From assembly GCF_001194135.2 (NCBI RefSeq), contig NC_068996.1, positions 25,614,642-25,678,641 on the forward strand: 64,000 nucleotides of DNA, in the 5' to 3' direction. Every line of letters starts with the position of its first letter. Position 1 is the stretch's first letter. Shown one piece after another: positions 24,954-36,500 of the stretch. The position numbers and the translations under genes are program-made. The notes beneath the pieces were generated by a model, which ran no database searches, was not told the origin of the DNA, and was given only the letters and a program-made list of their open reading frames with translations. The stretch is from Octopus bimaculoides. Its lineage: Eukaryota.

Positions 24954-27900
24954 TATGGCTTAGCTAAGCTATACACAAAAATAATCCTGAATGAAAGTGT
25001 GTTGGTGTATTGTCCCTTCTCTGCAGTCCAGTTCTCTAGCTAGCCCACAGGGAAGTCCCTGTCTACAGTTTGTTTGTTATCAGCCCTAAATATAGTACCC
25101 TAAATATAGCTTCCCACAAAATTGTCTATGTCATTGGAACAGGGTAGGTGTTTTAACCACCCTGCCTGTGCATGTGCTCAGTCTGCTCTTTGGCAACTGT
25201 TCATTGTCAGGGGTTGGTGTGACTTGCCTAAAGCGACCTTTGTTTGGTGGTTGAGCAACTTGGACAGGGATGATAATATAAAAATGGGCTGGTTTCAATC
25301 AATTGATGGAAACTGTGTCTTGTTATCTGCCAATTAGGAGTTGAAATGATTTGTCTCCTGGATGTAACACCTCATCTGAGCCATCATAGGGTGACTGAAG
25401 GGGATGAGATGCTATCTGAAACACTGAAACAAGTGACCAAGTTTGTGATGAAGGTGCAGCTGATTTCTTTTGTTTCCATGTTGTGGAGAGGTATAATCTC
25501 AGGCCAATGAATGAAGCGGTCCACCAAAGTCAGTAAGTACGAAGGTGGTAGGGGGCCAATGAGCCCAATGTTGATGTGGCTGAAACACGCCTATGAGAGT
25601 TCAGAGCTGCTGAGAGGTGCTTGGGTATGCTGATGGATTTTGGCTTGTTGTCAGGGGATACAAGTTTAGGTCTACTCCCCAGTTTGCTTGACCATACCAT
25701 GCCAGATGAATTTGCTTGACATGAGGTGGGAGAGCCTGTGGATGACACCAAAGACCTTCTGGCATCAAGCTAATGGGATGATTGGTCATGTAGGGTTGTT
25801 CTTGTGAAACCAAAGTGAACATCCTGCAAAGAATGGGAGATGATGGTCATGCAGTAGGCATCTGTTAGTTGGGATGCAGTCATAGCTTAATAATCCAGAC
25901 CTTCTGTTGTTGAAGCTATGTAAGTGTCAGGGTAGGTAGGGTTTCAAGAAAGTGTGTCAGTGACTGGGTTGCTTTTTCTAGTTATGTGTTGAATACCCAT
26001 AGTGTATTTAGAAATGGCCCATAACTGCTGACATGCAGACCATGGCTCTGGCAGCTTGCTTATAGTGAAGGCGAGTGGTTTGTGGCCTGTGAACACTGTG
26101 AAAGTGCAATCTTCAAGAAAATAGCGAAAATGGCAGACATCTAGATAGACAGTTAGTAGTTCACTGTCAAAAGTGCTGTATTTCTGTTCAAGTGGTTGTA
26201 GTTATTGATTGAAGAAGGCGAGAAGCCACCACTGATTGTTGATTATGGTTCCAAAAAACCTCCAATAGACGTGTTGACGACATCAACTGTGAATGCAGTC
26301 CATATTGACATGGGAAAGCATGGTTGCTTTAGCCAGAGCTTCTTTTGTGTATTTGAAGGCACTATCCCACTCAACCTATCTTTTTGAACCCCCTTTTGAC
26401 AGTGCTTTGTATAGGGGTTTTGTCATGGTTGCTGCAGAGGAGATGAAATGATAAATGTTTACCATCCCCACAAATTGGTGCAGAGCCTTGCTTGTGGTGG
26501 TGTGTGGAAAGAATAGGATAGATTTCACTTTCTCTGGCAGGGGTGTAGCACTGGCACCTGTGATTTGATGTCCTAGGAAGTCAATTTCCTTAATACCAAA
26601 GACACACTTGGTGAAATTCATAACCAAACCATACTGTCCCAGTCTGTCAAAAAGAGTCACTTGGTGCTTTTTGTGTAGCTCTGCGCTTTGGTTTGCTATA
26701 AGAATGTCATCTAGTTACGCAAAGACAAAATTGAGACCAATGCACACAATGTCCTTCAAGCATTGAAAGGATTGTGCAGTGTTTTTTAGGCCAAAGGGTG
26801 TATGTAGAAATTCATACAGTCCCAAAACAGTGACCACAGTGGTTTTAGATACATCATTGCCTTGCACCAGTATTTGGTAGTAACTTCAGATGAAATCGAC
26901 ATTTAAGAAACCTGAGCACCTAGCTAGCTGGGCTGAGAAGTTCTGTACGTGCACAATGGGCTAGTGGTTGGGTATTATGTTTGCACTGAGATGGTGATAA
27001 TCTATGCAAAGCTGCTATCTTCCGTTAGGTTTTGGTGCCACATGCAGGGATGATCACCAGGGACTGCTTGATCAGTGAACGATGCCTAAAGCATCCATAT
27101 TGTCAAACTCAGCCTTTGCAATAGCAAGTTTGTCTCGTAATTGCTGATGAGTGCAGTTGTGCACTGGAGGGCCAGTAGTAGAGATATGGTGCTTCATTCT
27201 ATGATGGGTTGTAGGTTTGGAGAATGTCAGGGTAGTGGGATTTGCAGGGGTCCACAAGATTTGAGAATTCATTCTCGGTCTGGGGGACAGCTGCTATGCA
27301 AGGGGCAGCATGTGCAGATGTTGCAAGAGAAATAGCAGCAAACATACTGCTGTTGACAAGTTGTCTCTCCTAAAAATCGACCAGCAGTGAGTGTGCCTGA
27401 AGAAAGTCTGTATCAATAATGGACTGATGGACATCAGCAAAGGTGAATGCCCATTATGTATGCTAGTGAGCCAATTTGGAGAGAGAGAGAGAGAGAGAAT
27501 GCAGTGACCTTACGTCTCAATTGAGGAACCATTGGTGGCTGTTAAAGGTTGGTCTTGCTTTCCATAACAGAGGTCCCTTGCTAATACTGGGATCATCCTG
27601 ACTTCTGCTCCTATCGTCATTTGGAGTTCTGATCGTGGATGTACAGGAGCAGTTGATCATGTTTGCTAGCCACCAGAGTGTTCAGTGGTGGTTGGCCTTG
27701 GAGTTGCTGATGGCAAAGGACATTTGAAGCTACATGGTTGCTTACACTTGGTAGCTTTTGTCCCAAACCTCATGTAATAGAAACACAAATCATCTTGTTT
27801 AACTTTACTCTGTCTCAGGGCTGACCTTATGGCATTGATTGTAACCCTGCCAGACAAAAATTGCTTGTCAGTCACTTTCACTAACTGCCACAGGTCCTTG

Positions 27901-28600
27901 ATCTCGATTTCAGTTATGAGATCCTGGACATGGGGTGGTAATTTACGGAGGAATAACTTCCTAAACAAAATGAAAGTGACTCACTGGTGTTAGGGCACTA
28001 ATGCCAGCATGAACTCATAAGGCTTGGAATTGTCTAATTCTTCCGCATCTAGTATCCTGGCTGCTGCTTCTTGGTCACTAAGCTGGAATGTTTCCATGAG
28101 TCTCTGTTTCAAAGTAGCGTATTTGTGAGTAGCCAGCAGTTGGGTTAGGATGACGAGCACTGTTGTTACTGTGTCCTCATCCAGTGCTGCTGTTACATAA
28201 GAATACTTCATCAGGGCTGAGGTGATCTTCCATATGTTGAATTGTACTTCAACCTGTGTGAACCATACTTTGGCCTGCTTTGACCAGAATTGTGGGCACT
28301 TCAGTGCAGCGGTGTGACCACTTGTCATATTTGCATTTTCTACTTTGGGTTCAGCAGTTATGGCTTAGTTAAGCTATACATGAAAGTAATCTGGAATAAG
28401 AGTGTCAGTGTATTGTTTATTTCACTTCAATCAGCTTCACACTGTGAAGGTAAGTATGATTGGCCATCTAAATCTCCAGACTCCTGTCCCACGTAACCAG
28501 AAGTCCCTTCTCTGTGGACCAGCTCACTAGCTTGACAACAGTTAAGTTCTTGCCTACAGTTTGTCTGTTTTCAGCCCATGGGGAATGCCCTGTACATGCA
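24954..28600 (-). mobile_element. Degenerate Ty3/Gypsy (Mag-like) LTR retrotransposon with both LTRs
   Basis: gag ORFs 27990-28328 (PQFW....VWF.QVEVQF...IT...KYSYV.AAL) and 27666-27968 (C..MRFG..A..C..PC). RT fragments HHISTTGPPV, FVFA*LDDIL (~26705) and KCVFGIKEIDFLGH; integrase relics at 25200-25820. Related LTRs at ~24954-25118 and ~28359-28600 (TATGGCTTAG.TAAGCTATACA, GTCCCTTCTCTG, CTACAGTTTGT.TGTT.TCAGCCC). Confidence 0.9.
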
Positions 28601-28654
28601 TGTTCTCTACACCCCTGTCTCAGCCAAGAGATCCTAGTTTTCTTGGCTTGCAGT

Positions 28655-28915
28655 TGTTGGTGCCATGTAAAAGTACTCGTGGTAGTGCTATGTAAAAGCG
28701 TCCACGTCAGTGCCATGTAAAAGTATCCTTGCCAGTGTCATGTAAAAAGCACCCAGTACACTCCGCAAGGTGGTTGGTATTAGGAAGAGCATCCAGCCAT
28801 AGAAAACATGTCAAAACAGACAAATGGAGTTAGGGTAGCCCTTCAGCTGTCCAACTCCTGTCAAATAGTTCAATCCATGTCAGCATGTAGAACACACATT
28901 AAAAAAATGATGATA
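28655..28915 (+). mobile_element. RTE-tail element with 4x25-bp internal tandem
   Basis: GTG(C/T)(C/T)ATGTAAAA at 28660, 28685, 28710 and 28735, followed by the standard GGTTGG..TTAGGAAG.GCATCCAG tail. Confidence 0.7.
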
Positions 28916-28949
28916 ATTATATGCATATCCACACACACACACATGCACA

Positions 28950-29112
28950 ATCGGTCAGACGCGGTTTCTTTATATAAAATTTCTATCATAAGATATTGGT
29001 GAACCGAGGGTCTGCAGTAGACATTTGCTCTAAGTGCTCTGCAGTGGGATCGAACCCGGAAACACGTGGTTACGAAGCGAACTTCTTAATCACCCACACG
29101 ACTATGCCTGTG
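28950..29112 (-). mobile_element. tRNA-head SINE 5' half with CpGs retained
   Basis: Reverse B box GGGATCGAACCCGG at ~29046; same family as 12256. Confidence 0.75.
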
Positions 29113-29229
29113 CTTCTGTTTGTTTTGTTTTATTTCTCTCAAGGGAATAAAAAAAAGGATGAAAATGGTCATTAAATTTTTTTTTTAATGAGAAAAAAAT
29201 TATTTAAATGTTTCTATTAAAAACATATC

Positions 29230-29657
29230 AACTCAGATCAGAAACGAAACGATGACGTTTACGTAAAATAGTTACGTAAACAATTTGATAATCCAATGAA
29301 ATAAGGTATATGCAAATTACATTTTAATCTTAAAGTAGTGACGTTTACACTGTTTCCGTGACGTAGTAACCAATCGTGAATCCCTTTAATTGTAATGTTT
29401 CCCTCCACCTCTTGGTATCTATAGCAGTTCTTTACTTGCTTCCGAACCATAGATACTTTGCAAAGCAGGAAGAGGATAGTCTTACATTAAAATTGTCTAC
29501 TTTTTTTTTTCACTTGCATTTTATTTAGCGTGTTTACTTTTTGTTTATTGTGAATAATACATTGAGAATTACATAAAACGAGATATTTTTTCCATTAAAA
29601 AAAAAAAGATCACTTGACAGTCTTGAGTATTCTCAATACACCACTGACAATACCATT
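29230..29657 (+). promoter_or_regulatory. Putative proximal promoter and 5' UTR of the PP2A B56 gene
   Basis: 10 CpG in 29221-29460 by eye; TGACGT at 29253, 29339 and 29359; TTACGTAA at 29259 and 29272; CCAAT at 29370; no ATG seen between 29400 and the start codon at 29658. Confidence 0.65.
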
Positions 29658-29684
29658 ATGCCTAACAAAACGAAAAAAGAAAAG
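29658..29684 (+). CDS. PPP2R5C/D: PP2A regulatory subunit B56 gamma/delta-like, coding exon 1 (MPNKTKKEK)
   Basis: ATG CCT AAC AAA ACG AAA AAA GAA AAG|GTAAGC, a 27-nt phase-0 exon. It matches the N-termini I recall for human PPP2R5C long isoform (MPNKNKKEK) and PPP2R5D (MPYKLKKEK). Confidence 0.85.
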
Positions 29685-29771
29685 GTAAGCCGGAATTATT
29701 TGTTGTTTTCATTTTGTTTTGTTTCATAGTTATTTTAAATTTCTATTCACTTAACAAGCTTCATAAATATA

Positions 29772-29867
<96 letters not shown>

Positions 29868-29907
29868 TATATATAAGTACGTGTGTATTTGTATACGTAT
29901 GTATATA

Positions 29908-29944
<37 letters not shown>

Positions 29945-31092
29945 TGTATAAATGTACGTGTTTATTCATTTGTGTTTGTAATTGTATGTATCTTTGTTTA
30001 TGTATGTGTATACGGTATACATACATATGTGTGTGTGTATATATATATATATGCTTGTATTTATTTGTGTGCCTGTGCAAAACAAATTAAAAAATGATTT
30101 TATTATCGACGAACTGAGGAAAAAATCTGTCCATTTCTATTATAACATTTTCCTTAGATTATCGTCTGTCGGACTTCATTGTCGGTATTTCCATTCCAGT
30201 CACAATTTAGATAAAAGTTTCTTACATTCATCCAATGACCATATCTATTTCTTGCTCTCGTACAACCATTTTTGTTTTAAAGTCTGATAATTTGTTCTAG
30301 CTCAGCTATAACACACATACGCACACGCATAATATACTGCATATATGTATGTGTGGGAGAGAGAGAGAGAGAGAGAGAAAGAAAGAAACAGAGAGAGTGA
30401 GAAAGTGAGTATGTGTATATGTATACGTTCTTATGAATTGTCCATGGAAATATTTCCTGCTATGTCTACCGTCTTATACCGAATCTTGTCTGTCTATCTT
30501 GCACAGCTAGAATTAAAACCATGTGTACTATTACGAAAGGATGCCAGCTTTTCTCTCTTTTGTTAATTTATCAGCAAAACATCATTTGACTTTTTTCCTT
30601 TTGCAATATTATCATGTTTGTATTAACTACATAGTATGTCTTCCTGGCTTGTAGGAAGTAATTAGTCTTTTTCTCCCCTTCAGTAATGTACTACAACTTA
30701 TTAACCATTCGGAAGCAGAAAGCAAGCAGATGCCATCAGTAGAGATGGTAAATCTTACCTACTTTCTATTTCACTTGGCCATTTGTATTTATTAACCAAA
30801 GTTCTTTTCATTTATGGGGAGTTTGTTATATAATTGGAGACAATTTCCTAGTTGAGAAAACCAGTCTAGCCATTTCTGTTAATAAGTAATATGCACTATC
30901 TGTATGTATTTGTATGTATAATAATAGCTGCAGTCTTCTATGTCATGTCTCCGTTTCTTTTTTCCATTGTAATTTTGAGAAATTAACAATGAAATCATGG
31001 AAGAATTAGGGAGTGAATAACTGTGTTGTCATGCATTTCATTAAATTTGAAATATGACATTAAGCACGAAGTGATGCGGAAATACGTGTTTC

Positions 31093-31132
<40 letters not shown>

Positions 31133-31379
31133 GTATATATATAGGAAGGCAAATATAATTATAATACTCAGATACACATAAACATATTCATGTATTAAAT
31201 GTATTAAGTCATTGATTTCTGTTTTAATCAATGTGCTCGCAAATAATTTTCTGTCTGCCTCTAGTGAAATCTTGTTAACGAAAGCATGCTTACATGGATC
31301 TCATCCCTGTACTGACAATTATATGATGTCGTTTATGTTAATTCGGACATTTTTTTCCCCCCACTTTTTTCCTCTTCAG

Positions 31380-31448
31380 CAAACACCAGCGAAAACGACT
31401 AATGCGAAAGGTAGTGCGAAGGAAAGTACTGAAAATACAGAGAGTGAG
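31380..31448 (+). CDS. PPP2R5C/D: PP2A B56 gamma/delta-like, coding exon 2 (QTPAKTTNAKGSAKESTENTESE)
   Basis: Strong acceptor CCCCACTTTTTTCCTCTTCAG|, 69 nt open, donor GAG|GTAAGA, phase 0/0. Resembles recalled human [22 protein letters not shown]. Confidence 0.85.
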
Positions 31449-31894
31449 GTAAGATGAAGCTTTGGTCAGTTGTTTTGTACTAATGTTTGACTGATATGTA
31501 CAGAATGTGTGTATGAAACCATACATATATGTACACACATACACATATATAATCATACATATATTCACAAACATAACCATACATTTATACATACATGCAT
31601 GTACATTCATTTTTATATACACATATTTCATAGTGACTGAGTATCAGTCCCCTTTCTTAACTTTGTCTTGAAAATGTGAGTATGCGTACGTATTTATGTA
31701 TCATGTACTTAATTTTGATGGGTATTCTCAAATGCTGCCTCTTAGCAACTTGTCACCGTCTCATGATTGTTGTGTATAGTGATGGCCTGTGTGTAATGTA
31801 TGTATATATGTATACATTATGTATACATTTATACAACGATATATGTATGTGTGTATGTATATGCATATATATGTTTGTGTGTGTGAAACTGATG

Positions 31895-31936
31895 TCAGTC
31901 GCCGCCATCTTACCATAGATTATCATGGCGGTAAAC
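31895..31936. promoter_or_regulatory. Intronic Inr + YY1-type motif cluster, candidate alternative TSS
   Basis: TCAGTC at 31895-31900, GCCGCCATCTT at 31901-31911, inverted CCGCCAT/ATGGCGG. Confidence 0.45.
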
Positions 31937-32591
31937 GCTTTCTACCACTGAAAAGAACAACAAACCATTTCTTTCTCCTATATACTTCATTTTCATAATA
32001 TTAAAAAAAAAAAAACATTCTACCTACATATACAAGAAACAGAACACCCCGGTTATTTTTAACTATTAAAGCACTGACAAAAAAGCATTACTTAAAAAAA
32101 GTAGTTATTAAATATGTTTAATTTTTTTTAATCCTTTCTTCACTGTCCATTTCCTTTTTTTCTTCTCTCTCTATCATCATGTCAGTTTCTGGCTTGTTTC
32201 AGAAAGAATCCTTATAGAATAAACAAATAATGAATGTAAAAGATGTATAGATAGGTGTGTAATGTATATGTCACTTTCTCTCAATATATGACATGATGGG
32301 ATATATATACATACACACACACATAGTTTATTCCGTACATCTGTGAGTGTATGTGTATATGTTACATACAGACATACATTTATGTAAATTTTATACACAT
32401 ACACACACGACTCAATTCTAGAGATCTTATTTTTTTTTCAAATTTTCATTTTCTTCAGTTTTCCTCTTATCTACCAATTGTTTATCGTGGTTATAATTTG
32501 AGGAATCATTCTCCCCTTTCTGTCCACTTCATAGCAACATAATAGTATTGATGATAATGACTAATGTCCTTTTGGCATATCTGTATATATA

Positions 32592-32649
<58 letters not shown>

Positions 32650-34945
32650 AGCCATAGATAATGCAAGTGTTGCAAAAGGCTGCTGTGAGGAAAACGCCGT
32701 TGGAATTAAAACTGATTTGGTGGTCGACTGTAGAGGATAACATTGGACATTTTTTCCTAACAAAGCGCCTCTTCGAAAAAGGAAGAGGCAGGGCAGATAG
32801 CTTATTATTGCTTTTACTTACACACGCGCTGTCCATTTTGTTTTACATTTTCACGAGTTCATTTCCTCTTTATATCAATCACAATCTACCTTGCTATTTA
32901 TTTATTTATCCAGGCTCACATTTTTGTTAATGTTTTTTCCCCATCATATCAACCTTGTAGACATTTCACTACTAAATTCCTGGTGTTATATATATTTATA
33001 AGGTTTGATAAATTTCGTAAAGTATTAGGGTTGTATTTTTGTTTTATGATAGTGAAATATATATGTATGTAGCGGGACGTTAAAATGTTTTATTTTTTTT
33101 TATTTTGAAGTGTTGCTTTTCGTTCTGAAAGTTGATAGCTTGGTTGATAGGGAGGAATCCTATTTGATATCCTGGTTCCCATTACACCTAATTCGTGTCA
33201 TAGTTTATTGAAGTGATGTCAGTGTTGTCAGTGTTTAAAACTGTTCCAAACACAACACATGCCTTTGTTGCAGATGTGATCTTCATGAATGAAAACACCT
33301 GTCACTTTCACTTTCTAATAACTTGGCTCTTGTCTTCCTGGGTAGGAACGAATCTATCAATTCATAATAAAAACCATTGAAGAATTGCTGAGAACTGCTA
33401 GTTTCTGGGTGCTTCACTGCATTCTTAGAATCACTTGTGAGAACAAATGACTGCACTGCATTGATATTATACGATTTTCAATCTCAATAGGTTACTTTAT
33501 ATTTCATTTTACTGCAATAGTAAATAAAGTTGTGCATATGAAGAACACTACCTTTAATCTCGTCGTTATAGTCAGCCAGTCAGTCATATATTAGTGATTA
33601 CTGGCCGCCAGCCATTATAACTTGTATTGAATTAATATATATGGTAATTGTCATCAGTTTTTTTTTTTATTATATTTTGAAGGAGCCGCTGTCACACACG
33701 CGCATACCTGATATTGATTCAAGATCGAACTCTGTCAGTCTTTTGAACTGTTTCAAAATACAATCTTTGTCCTCTGACACTAGCTTTTAATTGGCCGCTC
33801 TACAAATCTTCGAGTATTTGTAAATTCTGATTCTCTTTTAGGTTAAAGTTTCTTCTTGACTATTCTCGGAATTTTTTCAGTTGCATTTTTTCGTGTTTGT
33901 AAGAAAAGAAAACTGGGAAATGTCTAAGATAGCGTCAGGCAACAGTTGCAGCTGAATAATTTTAAAATTCTATGTCTAGTTAATTTTCGTATAGAAATAC
34001 TTTGTATTTTTAGCAAAGGGTTTAATCGATATGGCTTATCCTGAAGATATTTATTTAATTTAATTGTTATCTGTGTGTATTTTTATGTTAGTGTCTGCTC
34101 CCACATACACATTCCTACACATTTTGTACGTTATCAAGAGAGATTTAAAGTGTAACTGCTATGTTTGATGTGTGTTTATATGTATTTGTTTGTCTTCTGA
34201 TAGAAAAGGTGGTTCTTGTATTGTTTCTATGATCCAATTTCATCTTTATCCTCTATTTCTGTTAATCTCTACCATGTCATATTGTACGTTAGTTTGGAAT
34301 ACTCCATTATTCTGTAGACGTGAAACACTTGAATTTCGGCTAGAGATTTTAAAAAATTTATAATAATTCAGTTTTCTAGATTCCATTGTTCTTGGAATTA
34401 TGTTGATTTAGTTATTTTTATGCCATTCTTTCAGTGGCAAACATGATTACTGTGAAATATAGAGAAATCTTGTGCAAGACTATGATTTACTTCACCAGAC
34501 AATTTAAAGCCATTGTAAATTCTATATGATCTTTCTCTCTTGTATAGCTATTTTAAAATAAAAGTTTCAGTTAGTAAGTTATTTATTTCACTATAATGAT
34601 AATGTTTTAAAGATTGTAGCTACAATTTTTGAAGATTTGATATTGAATGTGATTTATTCAAGTCACCAAACATTTAATAGTCTGGAAACCACGTAGAATG
34701 AATAATACAGTGTGATTGTAATACCTGAAAATGTTATCAGTTGCAATGCTGTTTAACTCCAACTGAACCTTGGCTAAAATAGGGTCTAGTTGAGCTTAGT
34801 TCTAATTTCTGAGTGCTTATACTTTTCACATGATGCAAATGTAAGGGAGAATGCCTAAGGTTGGAACTGAACTTACATTTACTTACAGACTAACATAATT
34901 CTTTTTTGGAATATTCTTTTGTATTTTTGTTATAAATTTCACTTC

Positions 34946-35195
34946 TTAACTCAGCCCTTTTTGTTACCATTATCATTACTATATTTCTGTTGAAATACAG
35001 TCTTTGTTTGAATTAATTCATTATTAGCATAATGAAGAATTTAGTAAAACAACTTAGTTATTAAGCTGGTTGTTTGGAATATAAATTAACATGAAATTTT
35101 GATGGAAGGTTTTAATTTAGATCACTTTAAAAACAGGAAGACTGTATCACAGAACCAGGGAAAGTTTGGGGCAGATTTGTATCAAAGGAGTTTAA
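34946..35195. mobile_element. piggyBac-like MITE family A, degenerate copy
   Basis: Homologous to 37212-37427. Confidence 0.75.
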
Positions 35196-36059
35196 GAGGC
35201 CACAAATTTATGCTGAGTGAATTTTTAAACTGGCAAATTAAAGCTTTTAATGTAATAAGTTTGACATTCATGTTTCCTCTGGTAGTACTGCTGTACAGTA
35301 TAATTAAACTTTAGTTTTTAATTTCCAACATCTATTGTTGTTTTTGTTTGTTTTTTTTTTGCATCCATTTAATGAATTTGCTAAGCAGTTTCAGTATATC
35401 AAAATGGCATCTTACTTTTTTTTTGAGATCCAATTACTTTATTTCAAGCTTTGGCAACATCTAATTTCTTGCTATCAACTCAGATAATATGCTATTACAT
35501 AACCTTTTTTCCTTAATTGTTTGTTGTTTTTGTTATTGCTTTGCTTATTTGAGATGATCTATCCACCAGATAAAGATAGCTTCTATACTACCTCAAAGAA
35601 TAAAACAACTTCACCTTTGGAAAATGAATCCTCAACCCAATAATTCCTTAATTATTCTACTACTATTCTTGTCTTTTTTTAAATTTTAATGGTTTACTCA
35701 GAGGAGGATTAGCTCACACTCATGATCTCTTTCAAAGCTTCTGAATCTGGTGGGAGGAATTGAGGAAGTTGGCCTTAGACAGAAAATGTGGCCTGGATGT
35801 TTACAACAGAATAGACACTACTATAGGTACCCAAGGGCCAAAATGATGCTGTTAGATTGGGTGTCGGTAGTTTGAACTTGTGAATTTTGTGCTGCTTTCA
35901 TATTTGTTTTATCTTTTTTTCTTTTTAATTCACCATCTGCAAATGGTAGTGCTATTAGCTACAGATTCACTGTAACCACAAGTTCACTGCATTTCTGGCG
36001 ATGAGAGGGATAGTGTAACCTGGGGATATATCTCAAGGGAATTTGATTGTAAAGCAGCA

Positions 36060-36277
36060 GTTTTTCAGTTCATGCATTCATCCTTGTTTTAATGTCCACG
36101 TTTCCATGCTTGCATGGGTCAGACCGGATGCCCTTGCTGTTGCCAACTCTCACCTGTTACTAAGTAATATTTTCTCATGTCTGGACAATAGAAGATTGTA
36201 AATTATGGGGCATCTTTACAACTATCACATGGCGTCAAGGCAAGCCCACCCCCATTCTTTCATTTATACATACATAC

Positions 36278-36317
<40 letters not shown>

Positions 36318-36500
36318 CTCCACGCATCTTTCACTAGTATACATTAGTAAGAGATATTTGCTAGAATGTGTGCTTGTAAGACTGCACAGTTTCCATGCAT
36401 CTATCAAGGCTATGGCAGAGGTCGTTTGCCCAAGGATCAAACCTGGAAGCTCATGGTTGTGAAGGGAACTCCTTAGCCGCACAGCCAAGCCTATATCTTA
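36060..36500 (-). mobile_element. RTE-tail fragment followed by SINE 5' half
   Basis: TTTAATGTCCACGTTTCCATGCTTGCATGGG (reverse tail), then reverse SINE head GATCAAACCTGGAAGCTCATGGTTG. Confidence 0.6.

Noticed and set aside
31914-31926. Minus-strand MIIY start as TCTP/TPT1 exon 1
   Set aside because: TCTP continues MIIY(R/K)DL; here the exon would end after 13 nt with G, and no downstream TCTP sequence was seen.
33210-33395. Possible C/D-box snoRNA (GTGATGT...CTGA)
   Set aside because: Imperfect C box, boxes too far apart and no terminal stem.
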